NCBI RefSeq assembly: GCF_056712565.1
Contig: NZ_CM160072.1
Reading direction: 5' to 3' (one strand)
Length of the DNA stretch: 64,000 bases
The stretch's first letter is position 1. Every line of letters starts with the position of its first letter. The notes beneath the pieces are model-generated. The model saw only the letters and a program-made list of their open reading frames with translations, was not told where the DNA came from and searched no databases. The position numbers and the translations under genes were made by a program. Shown piece by piece: positions 28,905 to 39,273 of this stretch.

Positions 28905-29384
28905 TTAGAAAATCCGTTCACTCCAAAGGCTGTATGCACTGGTTCCGGCGACGCTGTGCTCCCAATTGATGCTCTCATAGGTAAATGACACAGACTCTTC
29001 CGCCTGCCCTGGACTGTCGTTAATGGTATGGGGAACGGTAAGGCCGATGTTTGAGAGCCGGGCGTTAGCCAGTTTCAGCTTGTAGTACGGTTCATTAATT
29101 CCAAAGCGGTTGGTGCGGTAGAATACAAAATCACAGGTCAGACATTCATTCTCTGAAATGGCCTTGCCCAGCAGAGGGGAGGATTTGTCCACCGGTTTCG
29201 TGATGGTCAACTCCTGATGGTTGACATTCTGCGCACGGCTCAGACCATGGGACAGTGACGTCACCATGATCTGATCCTGATGTGCAATCTGGGCTTTGTT
29301 ACCGATGGACGGCATTGACGAGCATCCGGATGAAATCAGCCCCTGAAGTTCTCCGTTCAGTGTCAGATAGACGGGATTTGCCAT
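28905..29384 (-). CDS. hcp: Hcp-family T6SS tube protein (second hcp copy)
   Basis: 159-aa product from MANPVYLTLNGELQG... with AAGGAG RBS 8 nt upstream; Hcp-like N-terminus; the ORF-track start at 29405 is an extension. Confidence 0.8.
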   Translation of the reverse strand: MANPVYLTLNGELQGLISSGCSSMPSIGNKAQIAHQDQIMVTSLSHGLSRAQNVNHQELTITKPVDKSSPLLGKAISENECLTCDFVFYRTNRFGINEPYYKLKLANARLSNIGLTVPHTINDSPGQAEESVSFTYESINWEHSVAGTSAYSLWSERIF

Positions 29385-29401
29385 TGTTATTCTCCTTAAT
29401 C

Positions 29402-30760
29402 TCAATGAGTTGGATGGACAGGTTCGGTTCTGTTATCCGTTGCCATATCCTGTCCGGTATTTTTCAGCAGCAGCCAGCGGCTTAACAGCCCGTCCAGCCG
29501 TTCGTTGATCTCTTTTTCCAACGCCTGTGTGTCCTGCTTCTGTGTACGGGTCTCCTGGTACTGCGTCAGCAGGTACTCCAGTGGTGTTTCTTGATTCAGT
29601 AACCGTTCGGCCTGCCAGGTCACCGTTTTGATATACGATAGGGTGAAACCCTGTTTCTCCGTCTCCTTCTTCATCATCAAATCTGCAAAATCCCGCAAAT
29701 TCTGCCGCGCTTGTTGCCAGCCCTTCATCTGCGGACTGGCTTGCGCCCGGTTTCTCAGCGTGTTGCTCCACATCCTGCTGGCTTCCTGCTGTTGCAGGCT
29801 TTCCGGCCAGAGGGTGTCTGCGGTGCGCATCATCTGCATTCCGGTTTCCAGCGGCTGTAGTGGCGGGGCATTCAGAAGCTGTTGCAGGTACTGTTCATAT
29901 TCTTTCAGTACCGGGGATGCCAACCAGACGGTGGCGGCTCCCTGTGTGGTATCCCTGACCTGTGTAAGCTGCTGCTGCATCGGATACGCCTGCCACCACC
30001 AGAGTGCAGATGCGATAACGGCAGTACAGGCGGCACCGGCAACAAAACCTTTTACCGTGTCGCCCTGTTTTGCTTTGTCGGCGTTATCTGCCACACCGCG
30101 CACCCCCACCCGCATTTCCGGCAGGTCGGGTAGGGGGGGCATGGTTTCCGCTGTGGCGGAAGCCGTGCCTTCAGGCGCATAGACCAGCGTTCTGACCATG
30201 GTCTGTGCCGCCGTATCAGTACGGTTTCTGGGCTGCGGCTCAAACCGCTTGCGTGTGTTCTGCACAAAATAAAGCAGATTTTCCACGCGCGGCTGGCGCT
30301 TCAGTTCCACTTGCTGGAGTTTGTCGCAGATAAGCTGCAAAGCCCGTTCCGTGCGGTAGAGCAACGAAAGATCATTTTCGGAAAAGGAAACCTGCTGGCG
30401 CAGGATATTCCCGGTGCGGGTGTTGAACCAGTCCAGCATCTCAGTCCGCGCCGGACCACTCTGCGGCCAGAATTTATCCCATTCGTGGATGATCATCGCA
30501 GCCAGCAGTTCCGCGCCTTCACAGAACCCTGCCAGTCCCTGATTACGTGTACGTGCCAGCGTATAGTAGGTGGCGGTATGCAAATCCACCCCGTTGGCCT
30601 TAAAAATCGACAGCGCCAGCGATTCCACCAGTTTCCAGTTCAGCTCCGGCTGTGACGGGTGGTTAGCTTTGTTAATTTCTTCGCGGATGGCGCTGAACTC
30701 CGGCAGGGCGCGCGGATCGCTGCCGGTAACGATAGTTTGTGTCAGTGCGTAATTGCTCAT
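29402..30760 (-). CDS. ImpA-N-domain T6SS-associated protein (VasL/TssA-like)
   Basis: 452-aa product from MSNYALTQTIVTGSDPRALPEFSAIREEINK (ImpA N-terminal motif), predicted TM segment mid-protein; start inferred at the ATG 10 nt after the tssM stop. Confidence 0.6.
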   Translation of the reverse strand: MSNYALTQTIVTGSDPRALPEFSAIREEINKANHPSQPELNWKLVESLALSIFKANGVDLHTATYYTLARTRNQGLAGFCEGAELLAAMIIHEWDKFWPQSGPARTEMLDWFNTRTGNILRQQVSFSENDLSLLYRTERALQLICDKLQQVELKRQPRVENLLYFVQNTRKRFEPQPRNRTDTAAQTMVRTLVYAPEGTASATAETMPPLPDLPEMRVGVRGVADNADKAKQGDTVKGFVAGAACTAVIASALWWWQAYPMQQQLTQVRDTTQGAATVWLASPVLKEYEQYLQQLLNAPPLQPLETGMQMMRTADTLWPESLQQQEASRMWSNTLRNRAQASPQMKGWQQARQNLRDFADLMMKKETEKQGFTLSYIKTVTWQAERLLNQETPLEYLLTQYQETRTQKQDTQALEKEINERLDGLLSRWLLLKNTGQDMATDNRTEPVHPTH

Positions 30761-30770
30761 CACTATCCCC

Positions 30771-33700
30771 TTAATACAACGTATCCGGTAAACGGAACAG
30801 GCTGAACAGACCGCCGGTGAACGGGTTATCTTCGGTATCCACATGCACCTGGTAAACCATTGCGCCGCCGTCCACGTTAAAGCGCACGTTAAAGGTGTCA
30901 CTGGTCACATTGGTCAACTGGCCCGCGCCGAACAGGCGGAACTGCGCCCACGGTCCACTGAACGCGATACTGCGCGGTGCTCTGCCGCTGGTGCCAATCA
31001 GCGTCAGCTTGCTTTCATTGCCTTCACGCATGTTGTTCGGCCAGACCAGATGGGCGGTGTAGTTGCGTCCCTGGCTGTAGTCCACTAACTGGCCGTCCAG
31101 GTTAAGTACGCTGCGCCGCTTATTGCCGGAAAGCGATACGGTTTCCACGGCAAACTGTGCGCCCAGCCCGTTCTGCTGGCTGAAGAAGATGTCGCGGATT
31201 TTCTGCGCGGTATCCAGTTGCTGCCGGATATCTTCACGGATTAACACTCTGCCGTCGTCGCCAAAGGTCAGATCGTTTTCAAGGAACAGGCGCAGGTTGT
31301 TCTTGTAGAAATTGTCCAGAATGCCATCCGGTTTAAAGAAACGTTCAAACGAATCCAGTGAGGCATCCTGTGTGGCGCGCGGATTAAACGGATAGTTATC
31401 GGCAAGCTGCTCGTTGAAGGGTTTCACTACATTGTCGCGCCAGTCCACTTCCATGTAACGAACGGCTTCCACCATCACCACATGCCAGGCCTGATCCGCG
31501 AGCTTACCTACCCAGCGGTTAAGAGGCGCAGGCAGGGTTTTTGCCATCTGACGGGTGGCGAAGATTGGATCGCTGCTGTTTTGATCCAGCCGTAGCTGTA
31601 CTGCTTTCAGCGCCGATTTCCCCGGCACTGGCGAGTTCTGGATCGCCAGCAGGTAACGGTGCAGCTCGGTCAGTTGCTGGTACACGGCCTGTAGCGTACT
31701 CGCCTTGTCCTTTTGCTCCTCCAGTGCGCTGTTTTCCGGTGCGAACTCATGCCCCAGCCGGGATAACAGGCGGTAATCCATCTCATTTATCGCCGCTTCC
31801 CTCGCCTTATCATCCAGTTTGCCGGAGAGCGTCAGCGCGTGGGTATTATCGCGCAGCGCCGTCAGCGCACGCTGGAATGGCTGATCGCCGCTGATAATCT
31901 GCTCCAGCGCGTCGGTCAGCGCCGACATGGCCTCATAGTCACGGACGTTGAGGTTATCCATTCCGGCACGCCAGGTGGCGGTATAGTCACTGATGTACTG
32001 TTCGGTGATATGGCGCTGGATCTCTTCACGGTCGGCCTCGCTGTAGGCGACGCTTTGCGTCAGGTTCAGTACCCACGAATCCAGCGCGGTCAGCTCAACG
32101 AGGCCCTCACGCTGTTTGACAAAATAGCTTTGCAGTCCATAGCGGGTGAGGAACTGCGGGATCACCAGTTTTTCATCATTACCGGCGACGAACACGTTGT
32201 CGAAGGTGGGACCAACCTGGTCGCGCAAATTCAAATCGGCGGGCAACACGCTTAATGCTTTGGTGCGCAGGGTCTGGTAGACACGCTGGTATATGGGCAG
32301 CTTGCTCAGTTCCTGCTGCGCATTAATGATCGGTTTATCATAGGGGGTCCAGCGGCTGACAGCATCGCTGTCGCTGCTTTGGCGCTGCGCGTGCCAGTCG
32401 GTGTGCTCCAGCGCATAGTCCAGATGCACCATCAGTTGCGCCTGAATATCGCGCTGGCCGTGAAATTCATTGCTCCAGCGCCGTGCCATGTACTGTTTTA
32501 CCGCCTCGTTGTTGCGCCCACTTTTGTCTTCCATCATGCGCACTACGCGCAGCACAGCGAGCTTTTCTTCGCTCTCTGGCGGGGCAATGTTTAGATCCCG
32601 GATCAGGCCGTTCATTAACGAGGGGAGATAACGCTGCTCAAGAAGCTGAATGTAGGTTTGCTCCACATACGGCCCTACGCGGGCGCCCTGGTACAATCCC
32701 ATATCCGCCAGAAAACCGTGATCGCGATAATCACCATAGGCCAGGGTGGCATCGCGTACCGGGTTAAGCAATGGCAATTGCAGATTGCCGAATTCATCCG
32801 TTCCCTGCGGTGGTGGTACGTCCATAAAGGCTTTAGCTTGTGCCAGTACGTTAACGCCAGACTGCCAGTTCTGATTGTAATAATGGTGCCAGCTTCCGAC
32901 CATCAATGCCGCCAGTGCCGCGCCACAGGTGGAAAAGGCGGTCAGCCTGCGCCGGGAGCTGTTCAGCCAGACGCTGTTTTCACCCGCCAGGTTCGGCTCA
33001 GCCAGCAGGACTTCCGGGAAGAGGCGGCGAGTAAAATACGGCGTCGTCTCCACCAGAGGCCAGGTTGCCAGCGAGCTGTTACCCAGTCCGTACTGGCGGG
33101 CGGCGGACTGCGTGAAAATATCATCCACCTGGCCACGCTGTAGCGAGGATGTGAGCCAGACGCCACGCAGCATTACATCCATGTTCTCACCGTCCAGCAA
33201 TGCGGCGAGCAGTGCGGTGACGATTTCTCCTGTTCCCTGCATCTGACGGGAGAAGCTGAACACAGCGCTGCGGGGAGCAGCACCGGTTTGTGCGAGCACC
33301 AGATCCGACAGCGCCAGGTTCACCTGTTGTACCCACGTCTGCCAGAAAGCCCCCAGTTCGCTGCGCCAGCCGTCACTTTCATGGGCGCGGCGGGTAAATG
33401 TGACGCCGAGGATCGCATCGCGGTCTTTTTTATCCAGTGAATGGAACAGCGCGGCAAAGCCGTTCAGCAGATCCAGCCGTGTCAGCACCACGTAAACGGG
33501 CAGACGGCAGTGCAGGCTCTGACGGATCTCCTGAAGTTGCTGGCGCAAATTTTGTACCAGTGTCTCACGGCGGGATTTATCCGCCGTCAGCAGATCGGGA
33601 AGATCGAGCGTCAGGATAAGACCGTTGAGCGGCTGGCGAGCGCGCGTTTGCATCAGCCAGCCCAGCCAGTGTTCGCGCAGGCGGCGGCGGAGCAGATCAT

Positions 33701-34298
33701 CCCCGCCGGGAGTGGTCAGTACGCCGTCAACATCGAAAATTACCGCCTGGTTGCCCACTCGCGGTGTGATCAGCGGGTGGTATTCCACACCCCGGATGCT
33801 TTCCGGCGTGTAAACAATGTCAGACGGAAAGCCCTCGCGCAGCAGCGTGCTTTTGCCGCTACCCGCAGGACCAATGACCATATACCACGGCAACTGCCAC
33901 AGATAACGGCGGTTATCCAGATGGCGGCGCAGGCGCAGCAGCCAGTGATCCAGATATTGCTGCTGGCGGTGGAGTTCCACGGTCAACGGATCTTTTTCTT
34001 CCTCCCGCTGCTGTTTCTGCTGTTTTTCCAGCTTTTGCAGACGCTTCATCACCCGCCAGGTGAGCCAGACCAGAGCGATAAGTCCCCAGACGGCGGTCGC
34101 CAGCCAGCGGTTTGCCAGCGGAGCCAGCCAGTGCTGCTCATAGAGCGTCCATTTTGGACCCTGCCACCAGATCCACACCAGCAGAAAAATCCATGCCAGC
34201 GTCAGTAGCCAGGTGGCGGAAACTTTAAACCGCGGCATCGCTGGCCTGAGCGCAGATTTCAACGTGCTGAACAGTCGGGATGTGGGAAATTTGAACAC
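30771..34298 (-). CDS. tssM: T6SS membrane-complex protein TssM (IcmF)
   Basis: 1175-aa ORF with N-terminal TM segments and Walker A motif (GPAGSGKST), IcmF-like architecture. Confidence 0.9.
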   Translation of the reverse strand: MFKFPTSRLFSTLKSALRPAMPRFKVSATWLLTLAWIFLLVWIWWQGPKWTLYEQHWLAPLANRWLATAVWGLIALVWLTWRVMKRLQKLEKQQKQQREEEKDPLTVELHRQQQYLDHWLLRLRRHLDNRRYLWQLPWYMVIGPAGSGKSTLLREGFPSDIVYTPESIRGVEYHPLITPRVGNQAVIFDVDGVLTTPGGDDLLRRRLREHWLGWLMQTRARQPLNGLILTLDLPDLLTADKSRRETLVQNLRQQLQEIRQSLHCRLPVYVVLTRLDLLNGFAALFHSLDKKDRDAILGVTFTRRAHESDGWRSELGAFWQTWVQQVNLALSDLVLAQTGAAPRSAVFSFSRQMQGTGEIVTALLAALLDGENMDVMLRGVWLTSSLQRGQVDDIFTQSAARQYGLGNSSLATWPLVETTPYFTRRLFPEVLLAEPNLAGENSVWLNSSRRRLTAFSTCGAALAALMVGSWHHYYNQNWQSGVNVLAQAKAFMDVPPPQGTDEFGNLQLPLLNPVRDATLAYGDYRDHGFLADMGLYQGARVGPYVEQTYIQLLEQRYLPSLMNGLIRDLNIAPPESEEKLAVLRVVRMMEDKSGRNNEAVKQYMARRWSNEFHGQRDIQAQLMVHLDYALEHTDWHAQRQSSDSDAVSRWTPYDKPIINAQQELSKLPIYQRVYQTLRTKALSVLPADLNLRDQVGPTFDNVFVAGNDEKLVIPQFLTRYGLQSYFVKQREGLVELTALDSWVLNLTQSVAYSEADREEIQRHITEQYISDYTATWRAGMDNLNVRDYEAMSALTDALEQIISGDQPFQRALTALRDNTHALTLSGKLDDKAREAAINEMDYRLLSRLGHEFAPENSALEEQKDKASTLQAVYQQLTELHRYLLAIQNSPVPGKSALKAVQLRLDQNSSDPIFATRQMAKTLPAPLNRWVGKLADQAWHVVMVEAVRYMEVDWRDNVVKPFNEQLADNYPFNPRATQDASLDSFERFFKPDGILDNFYKNNLRLFLENDLTFGDDGRVLIREDIRQQLDTAQKIRDIFFSQQNGLGAQFAVETVSLSGNKRRSVLNLDGQLVDYSQGRNYTAHLVWPNNMREGNESKLTLIGTSGRAPRSIAFSGPWAQFRLFGAGQLTNVTSDTFNVRFNVDGGAMVYQVHVDTEDNPFTGGLFSLFRLPDTLY

Positions 34299-34317
34299 AG
34301 TAACTCCTTGTTATCTT

Positions 34318-35760
34318 TTACTGTTCTGCCGTGAGTTTTTGTTCCAGTGCTTTCAGCAGGGAAGGCTCCCATTCGGATAGCATCATGTGTAATCCTGTTC
34401 TGAAGAGCATCCGGTACTGCTGTTGTGCAAGCTGAACCATACCGGCCTCTTCCAGTAACTGCGCGCCGAAAAACTGGCGGTGAAACTGGTGGCGGGGATC
34501 ACCTTCGGGCAGGTTTTCCAGGTACCGCAGCGCGGCTTCCAGCCCGTTTTCATCGAAGCACGCCTTGGCCGCCTGTAATTCTTCATCGGTCTGTACAACC
34601 GGGACGGTCTGGTTGACTGAGCCGGATGATGCCAGCCACTGTTTCGTCTGTTCGGACACAAACGGAGTGCGGTCGTTAAACAACAGGTTGATCAGTGCGG
34701 GCAGGCGGGCCAGAAAATCGGTAACTTCATCACGGATAGCATCCGCCACCTGTTTATAACCGAGGCGCAGCGCGGTCTGTGCTGAGAGGTAATGACCGTC
34801 CAGCCAGTACGGGGCCAGCAGCAGGCTTTTTTCCACCTGCTGCCACAGCGCCATGTCGGCATTGTTCAGCCGCGCCAGGTAATCATCCATCATATCGACA
34901 GGGAAGGCTGCCAGTGGGGGCCGGCCATCGCTTTCTGCCTGCGGGGTACTGGTGATGGTTTGCCACAGCGCATGGCGGCGCAGTCGGTAACCCTGCGGTG
35001 ACTCCGGCTGGCGCTCACAGAGAATGGCGGCCACCTTTAGCAGGGTGTCGCGCCATGCTTTATCGTCGTGGTTTTCAACGGTGACCTGCGGGATTGGAGT
35101 GGCTGCAACAGGAGGCTGAGCGGCAACCGTGTGCGGTGACATATCCGGTACATATCCGGTCGTGGCCTGCGGCGCAATGGCGGCGCTTCGTGCAGATGAT
35201 GTCATTTCAGGCGCTACATCACGAAACGCGCGCTGAAACAGGGAAAATAAATCGTCTGTCGCCTTTGCCAGCTCAGACGCGTTGTGCGCCTGCCAGCACT
35301 GTGCCAGTTTTGCCAGCTCTCCCAGCAAAGCATCGCGCTGTATTGTCGCAGCATTCCCGGCAAAGTCCTGAACGGCAGACTCAAAGCGTTTTATCACCTG
35401 GGCGGCAAAGCGTTTTTTGTGGGCCATGTTCTGCGGTGCGGCGCATGTCCAGTAGTGCTCTGTATATTGTGCCAGCATCCTGGAGGCCAGCAGAATATCA
35501 CCGGCATGTTGCAGGGTACGCAGCAAGTGGGCCAGCAGGCGAAAATCTTTGGTTTCTGAGGCCAGAAGCATCAGGCCCCGGCGCTGAAGTTCCGGGATAT
35601 CAAGCTGGCTGTGCGCCAGTGAACCGAGCTTGACGATTTCGCTGTCGACAAACTCCCAGTCTGCATTGCCATCATCAAGCGCGGCGGACAGCTTATCTTC
35701 TGGCAGGTTTTCCAGCAGGTGTGCAAGCCATACATCGGGATTACGTAAGTCCATTGCCAT
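34318..35760 (-). CDS. tssA: T6SS protein TssA (ImpA family)
   Basis: 480-aa product from MAMDLRNPDVWLAHLLENLPEDKLS; start set at the ATG 5 nt after the upstream gene stop. Confidence 0.8.
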   Translation of the reverse strand: MAMDLRNPDVWLAHLLENLPEDKLSAALDDGNADWEFVDSEIVKLGSLAHSQLDIPELQRRGLMLLASETKDFRLLAHLLRTLQHAGDILLASRMLAQYTEHYWTCAAPQNMAHKKRFAAQVIKRFESAVQDFAGNAATIQRDALLGELAKLAQCWQAHNASELAKATDDLFSLFQRAFRDVAPEMTSSARSAAIAPQATTGYVPDMSPHTVAAQPPVAATPIPQVTVENHDDKAWRDTLLKVAAILCERQPESPQGYRLRRHALWQTITSTPQAESDGRPPLAAFPVDMMDDYLARLNNADMALWQQVEKSLLLAPYWLDGHYLSAQTALRLGYKQVADAIRDEVTDFLARLPALINLLFNDRTPFVSEQTKQWLASSGSVNQTVPVVQTDEELQAAKACFDENGLEAALRYLENLPEGDPRHQFHRQFFGAQLLEEAGMVQLAQQQYRMLFRTGLHMMLSEWEPSLLKALEQKLTAEQ

Positions 35761-35764
35761 ATTC

Positions 35765-36508
35765 TTATTCTCCCGCCCAGTGGCAGGCGTCGCGTAGCGG
35801 CGCAATAACCCGTGCCAGCCCGTCAATGTTAAAGGTCAGCTTTCCGGCGGCGTTGTCTGTGCCGGTATCCACCGTCAGCGTTTTTGCGCCGAACAGTTGC
35901 TTAATTTCATCGATACCGGATAACCCCCGGCTGGACTCCAGCAGGGTGCCGTTCTCGCGCACAAACCAGTGGCTGCGCAATGCCCGGCTGTCGGCATTCA
36001 GGGTGACGGCGATATCATGGACATCCAGAGGGTGCATCAGCGCCACCTGCATCCGGGTGATATTGTCCACGCAACTGAACATCAGCACCGGGCGTGGCGG
36101 AACATGGCCGATAGCCGGGGTGGTTATCACCACCGTCGGGCGTTCACCCGGTACTTGCGTTACCAGCAGCTCCGTGGTGTTGCCCTGGCGGCGTTTTTCC
36201 TGTTCTGTCGCGCGGGCCCAGGCTTCACCTTGGTAACGAGCTTTCACCAGTGCGGCACCACCAAAGCCAGCCTGTTCCGGCGCAAGAATGCGGTCATAAC
36301 AGTCAAGCCGCTCCAGCGCCGCCGTCTCCTGGCGGCAGGACTGCATGGCCTGTAACGTGGCTGTCGCATCCGGCGGTGTCGCTGTGGCGACAGCTACCGC
36401 CACACCGGCCACTGACGATGTTTCTGTGGGCGCGGCACTGGCGGGTAAGCCCGCCATCAGGCCCGCGATAAACCATCCTGTCTGCCGGAAAACGCACAAC
36501 CTGCTCAT
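35765..36508 (-). CDS. T6SS-associated secreted protein (VasI/TagO-like)
   Basis: 247-aa ORF with signal-peptide-like N-terminus, between clpV and tssA; family assignment from synteny and size, not a recognised motif. Confidence 0.45.
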   Translation of the reverse strand: MSRLCVFRQTGWFIAGLMAGLPASAAPTETSSVAGVAVAVATATPPDATATLQAMQSCRQETAALERLDCYDRILAPEQAGFGGAALVKARYQGEAWARATEQEKRRQGNTTELLVTQVPGERPTVVITTPAIGHVPPRPVLMFSCVDNITRMQVALMHPLDVHDIAVTLNADSRALRSHWFVRENGTLLESSRGLSGIDEIKQLFGAKTLTVDTGTDNAAGKLTFNIDGLARVIAPLRDACHWAGE

Positions 36509-39264
36509 AAAACCGTTTCGTCCTCTGTTTGCGGTGTCACGGCATCATCAGGCAGCGCATCTTCCACATCTGCCGTGAACGCACCGTCTGCCGCCGACAG
36601 GCGAATCCGGGCAATCGCCGTGTTGGCCGCCATTTTCTGCAACAGCAGCAGCGAGAGCGGCGGCAGCATGTCGCCGTCGATAACCGATTCCAGCATCCTC
36701 GCGCCGTTTTCCGCGCGGGTGACGCGGCTCATGATTTCGTCCGTCACTTCCGGCCCAATAATCACGTCCGCGCCAAAGCGGCTGCGCAGCACGTTATCCA
36801 GGCGGGCCAGTTTCCCGGCAATAATGGTAGCGAGCGTCTCTTTCGACAGCGGTAGGTAAGGCACCACTTCCATGCGCGCCAGCAGAGCAGGTTTAAAGAA
36901 GTCCGCCAGCACCGGATAGAGGGCTTCCTGCATGGTTTCCGGGTCATCGGCGTGTTCGACAATCACCTGGTAGCCAAGGTTGGAGGTCAGGAAGAAAACG
37001 ATATTTTTACAGTCAATCAGGCGGCCTTCACCGTCTGCCATCTCGCCCTTGTCAAACGCCTGGTAGAACAGGTTGAGTACATCCGGGTGCGCTTTTTCTA
37101 CTTCATCGAGCAGCACCACCGAGTACGGTTTCTGGCGAATCGCTTCGGTCAGTACGCCGCCTTCACCGTAGCCGACATAACCCGGAGGAGAGCCAATCAG
37201 CCGCGAAACGGTGTGTTTCTCCTGGAACTCAGACATATTGATGGTGGTCAGGTATTGACGTCCGCCATAGAGCAGTTCCGCCAGTTGCAGGACGGTTTCG
37301 GTTTTACCCACGCCGCTGGGGCCAGCCAGCAGGAACGCACCAAGCGGGCGTCCCGGACGGCGCAGGTCGGCGCGTGCGGTCAGCAGGTGTTTATGCAGGC
37401 TGGCAATCGCCAGGTCCTGGCCCTTGATGGTGCCGCCGAGCCATACCGGCAGGTCGGTGATGACCGACATCTCATTCTGTGACAGGCGGTTAAGCGGCAC
37501 GCCGGTCCATTCAGCAATCACCGCTGCAATCTGTTTTTTATCGACATGCGGGGAAACCAGCAACTGGTCGTTATGCAGGGCGTCCAGTTCGGCAGTGAGT
37601 TGTGCCAGCCGTTGTACCGGGGAAACTGTTTCAGCGGTCTCTTCCGGCTGTACGCTGCCTGCATCATCAGCCGATTCGGCATCGGTACTATCCTGTTCTG
37701 CCTCTGGCGGCGTATCCTCCACGGCATCTGCGTCCGGCAACGACGCAACGTCGTCTTCTGCCACGCCCAGTAACTGCTGGCGCAGCGCGATAATTTCCTG
37801 TACCAGCGTCTGCTGCTGCCAGGCGACTTCCAGTTCGTCCAGCGCCGACAGCGTTTCATCATACTGCTCCAACACCTCAGTCATTCGTGAGGTGTCGGTA
37901 CGCAGCCCGATGCGAAGCTCGCGCTCAAGCTGGCGAATTTCTGCCTCCTGCTGGTGGCTCAGGGTGGTCAGTGCCGAGATTTGTTTTGGCGGCGATGACA
38001 GGTTGATGGCCACACGGGCGCAGGCGGTGTCCAGCACATCAATGGCTTTGTCCGGCAACTGACGCCCGGAGAGATAACGCTCGCTCAGTGTCGCAGCGGC
38101 CTGCAAGGCGTCATCATCAATCAGCACGCCGTGAGATTGTTCATAGACCGCCGACAAACCGCGCAGAATAATGGTGGCTTCGGCAGCGTTGGGTTCGCTG
38201 ACCTTCACTAACTGGAAGCGGCGCGACAAAGCTGCATCTTTCTCGAAATATTTTTTGTACTCGCTCCAGGTGGTGGCGGCGATGGTTTTCAGCTCGCCGC
38301 GCGCCAGCGCTGGTTTGAGCAGGTTGGATATATCCAGCCCGCCCTGCTGGTTGCCCGCGCCAATCAGGGTATGTGCTTCGTCGATAAACAGAATGACCGG
38401 CACCGGGGAGAAAATGACCTCCGCCATCAGCCCCTTGAAGCGTTTTTCAAACTCACCTTTCACCGACGCACCGGCCTGCAATGCGCCCAGGTCAAGGGTC
38501 ATGATATCGGTGTTTTTCAGCTTGTCCGGCACCTGGCCTGCCACGATGCGCAGCGCCAGCCCTTCAATCAGCGCGCTTTTACCCACGCCTGCTTCGCCCA
38601 CTACCACCGGATTGTTTTTACGGCGGCGGCAGAGAATGTCGATCATCAGGTCGATTTCATAGTTGCGGCACAGTACCGGGTCAAGCCTGCCGTTACGGGC
38701 GTCTGCGGTCATGTTTTTGGCGTAGCGGGCAAGCAGGGTGTCGCCGGTTTCCGTTGCGCGGGGCGTTTGCCCGCCAGCCAGATCCACGGATTCGGCGGAT
38801 TCTTTTGTCCATGCTGCGAAATCCTGCTGTAACTGGTCGCGGTTTATGGCCGTCAGCAGACGGGCAGCAGCGGGTGGAATATAGCGCAGCGGTGAATGCA
38901 GCAGAGTAAGCAGCAGGACGCCGCTGCGCAGTTCGCTGTGCTGCATCTGGGCTGAGGCCAGCAGCCATGACTCCTTGAGCCATTCGATCAGCATCGGGGA
39001 GAAGCTGGGATAGCCTTCGGCGGAACGTCCACCGGGATAACTCTCCACGGTCAGCGCCTGGCGTAAATCCTCCGCACTGATGCCTGTGCGTTCGGCAATC
39101 ACCCTTACGTCGTTGCGCGGGATTGCCAGCATCTGTAACAGCACATGGGCAACGGTGATCTCACTGGCCTGCTGGCTCATACACTCCGAGGCAGCCATTT
39201 CCAGCGCCTGTTTTGCAAAGGGGTTAAGCCGCTTTACGAGCGTGGCTAAATCAATCTGGATCAT
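36505..39264 (-). CDS. clpV: T6SS AAA+ ATPase ClpV (TssH)
   Basis: 919-aa ORF with two AAA+ modules (GEAGVGKSA and GPSGVGKTE Walker A motifs) and a ClpB-like N-domain. Confidence 0.9.
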   Translation of the reverse strand: MIQIDLATLVKRLNPFAKQALEMAASECMSQQASEITVAHVLLQMLAIPRNDVRVIAERTGISAEDLRQALTVESYPGGRSAEGYPSFSPMLIEWLKESWLLASAQMQHSELRSGVLLLTLLHSPLRYIPPAAARLLTAINRDQLQQDFAAWTKESAESVDLAGGQTPRATETGDTLLARYAKNMTADARNGRLDPVLCRNYEIDLMIDILCRRRKNNPVVVGEAGVGKSALIEGLALRIVAGQVPDKLKNTDIMTLDLGALQAGASVKGEFEKRFKGLMAEVIFSPVPVILFIDEAHTLIGAGNQQGGLDISNLLKPALARGELKTIAATTWSEYKKYFEKDAALSRRFQLVKVSEPNAAEATIILRGLSAVYEQSHGVLIDDDALQAAATLSERYLSGRQLPDKAIDVLDTACARVAINLSSPPKQISALTTLSHQQEAEIRQLERELRIGLRTDTSRMTEVLEQYDETLSALDELEVAWQQQTLVQEIIALRQQLLGVAEDDVASLPDADAVEDTPPEAEQDSTDAESADDAGSVQPEETAETVSPVQRLAQLTAELDALHNDQLLVSPHVDKKQIAAVIAEWTGVPLNRLSQNEMSVITDLPVWLGGTIKGQDLAIASLHKHLLTARADLRRPGRPLGAFLLAGPSGVGKTETVLQLAELLYGGRQYLTTINMSEFQEKHTVSRLIGSPPGYVGYGEGGVLTEAIRQKPYSVVLLDEVEKAHPDVLNLFYQAFDKGEMADGEGRLIDCKNIVFFLTSNLGYQVIVEHADDPETMQEALYPVLADFFKPALLARMEVVPYLPLSKETLATIIAGKLARLDNVLRSRFGADVIIGPEVTDEIMSRVTRAENGARMLESVIDGDMLPPLSLLLLQKMAANTAIARIRLSAADGAFTADVEDALPDDAVTPQTEDETVL

Positions 39265-39273
39265 AAGATGTCC

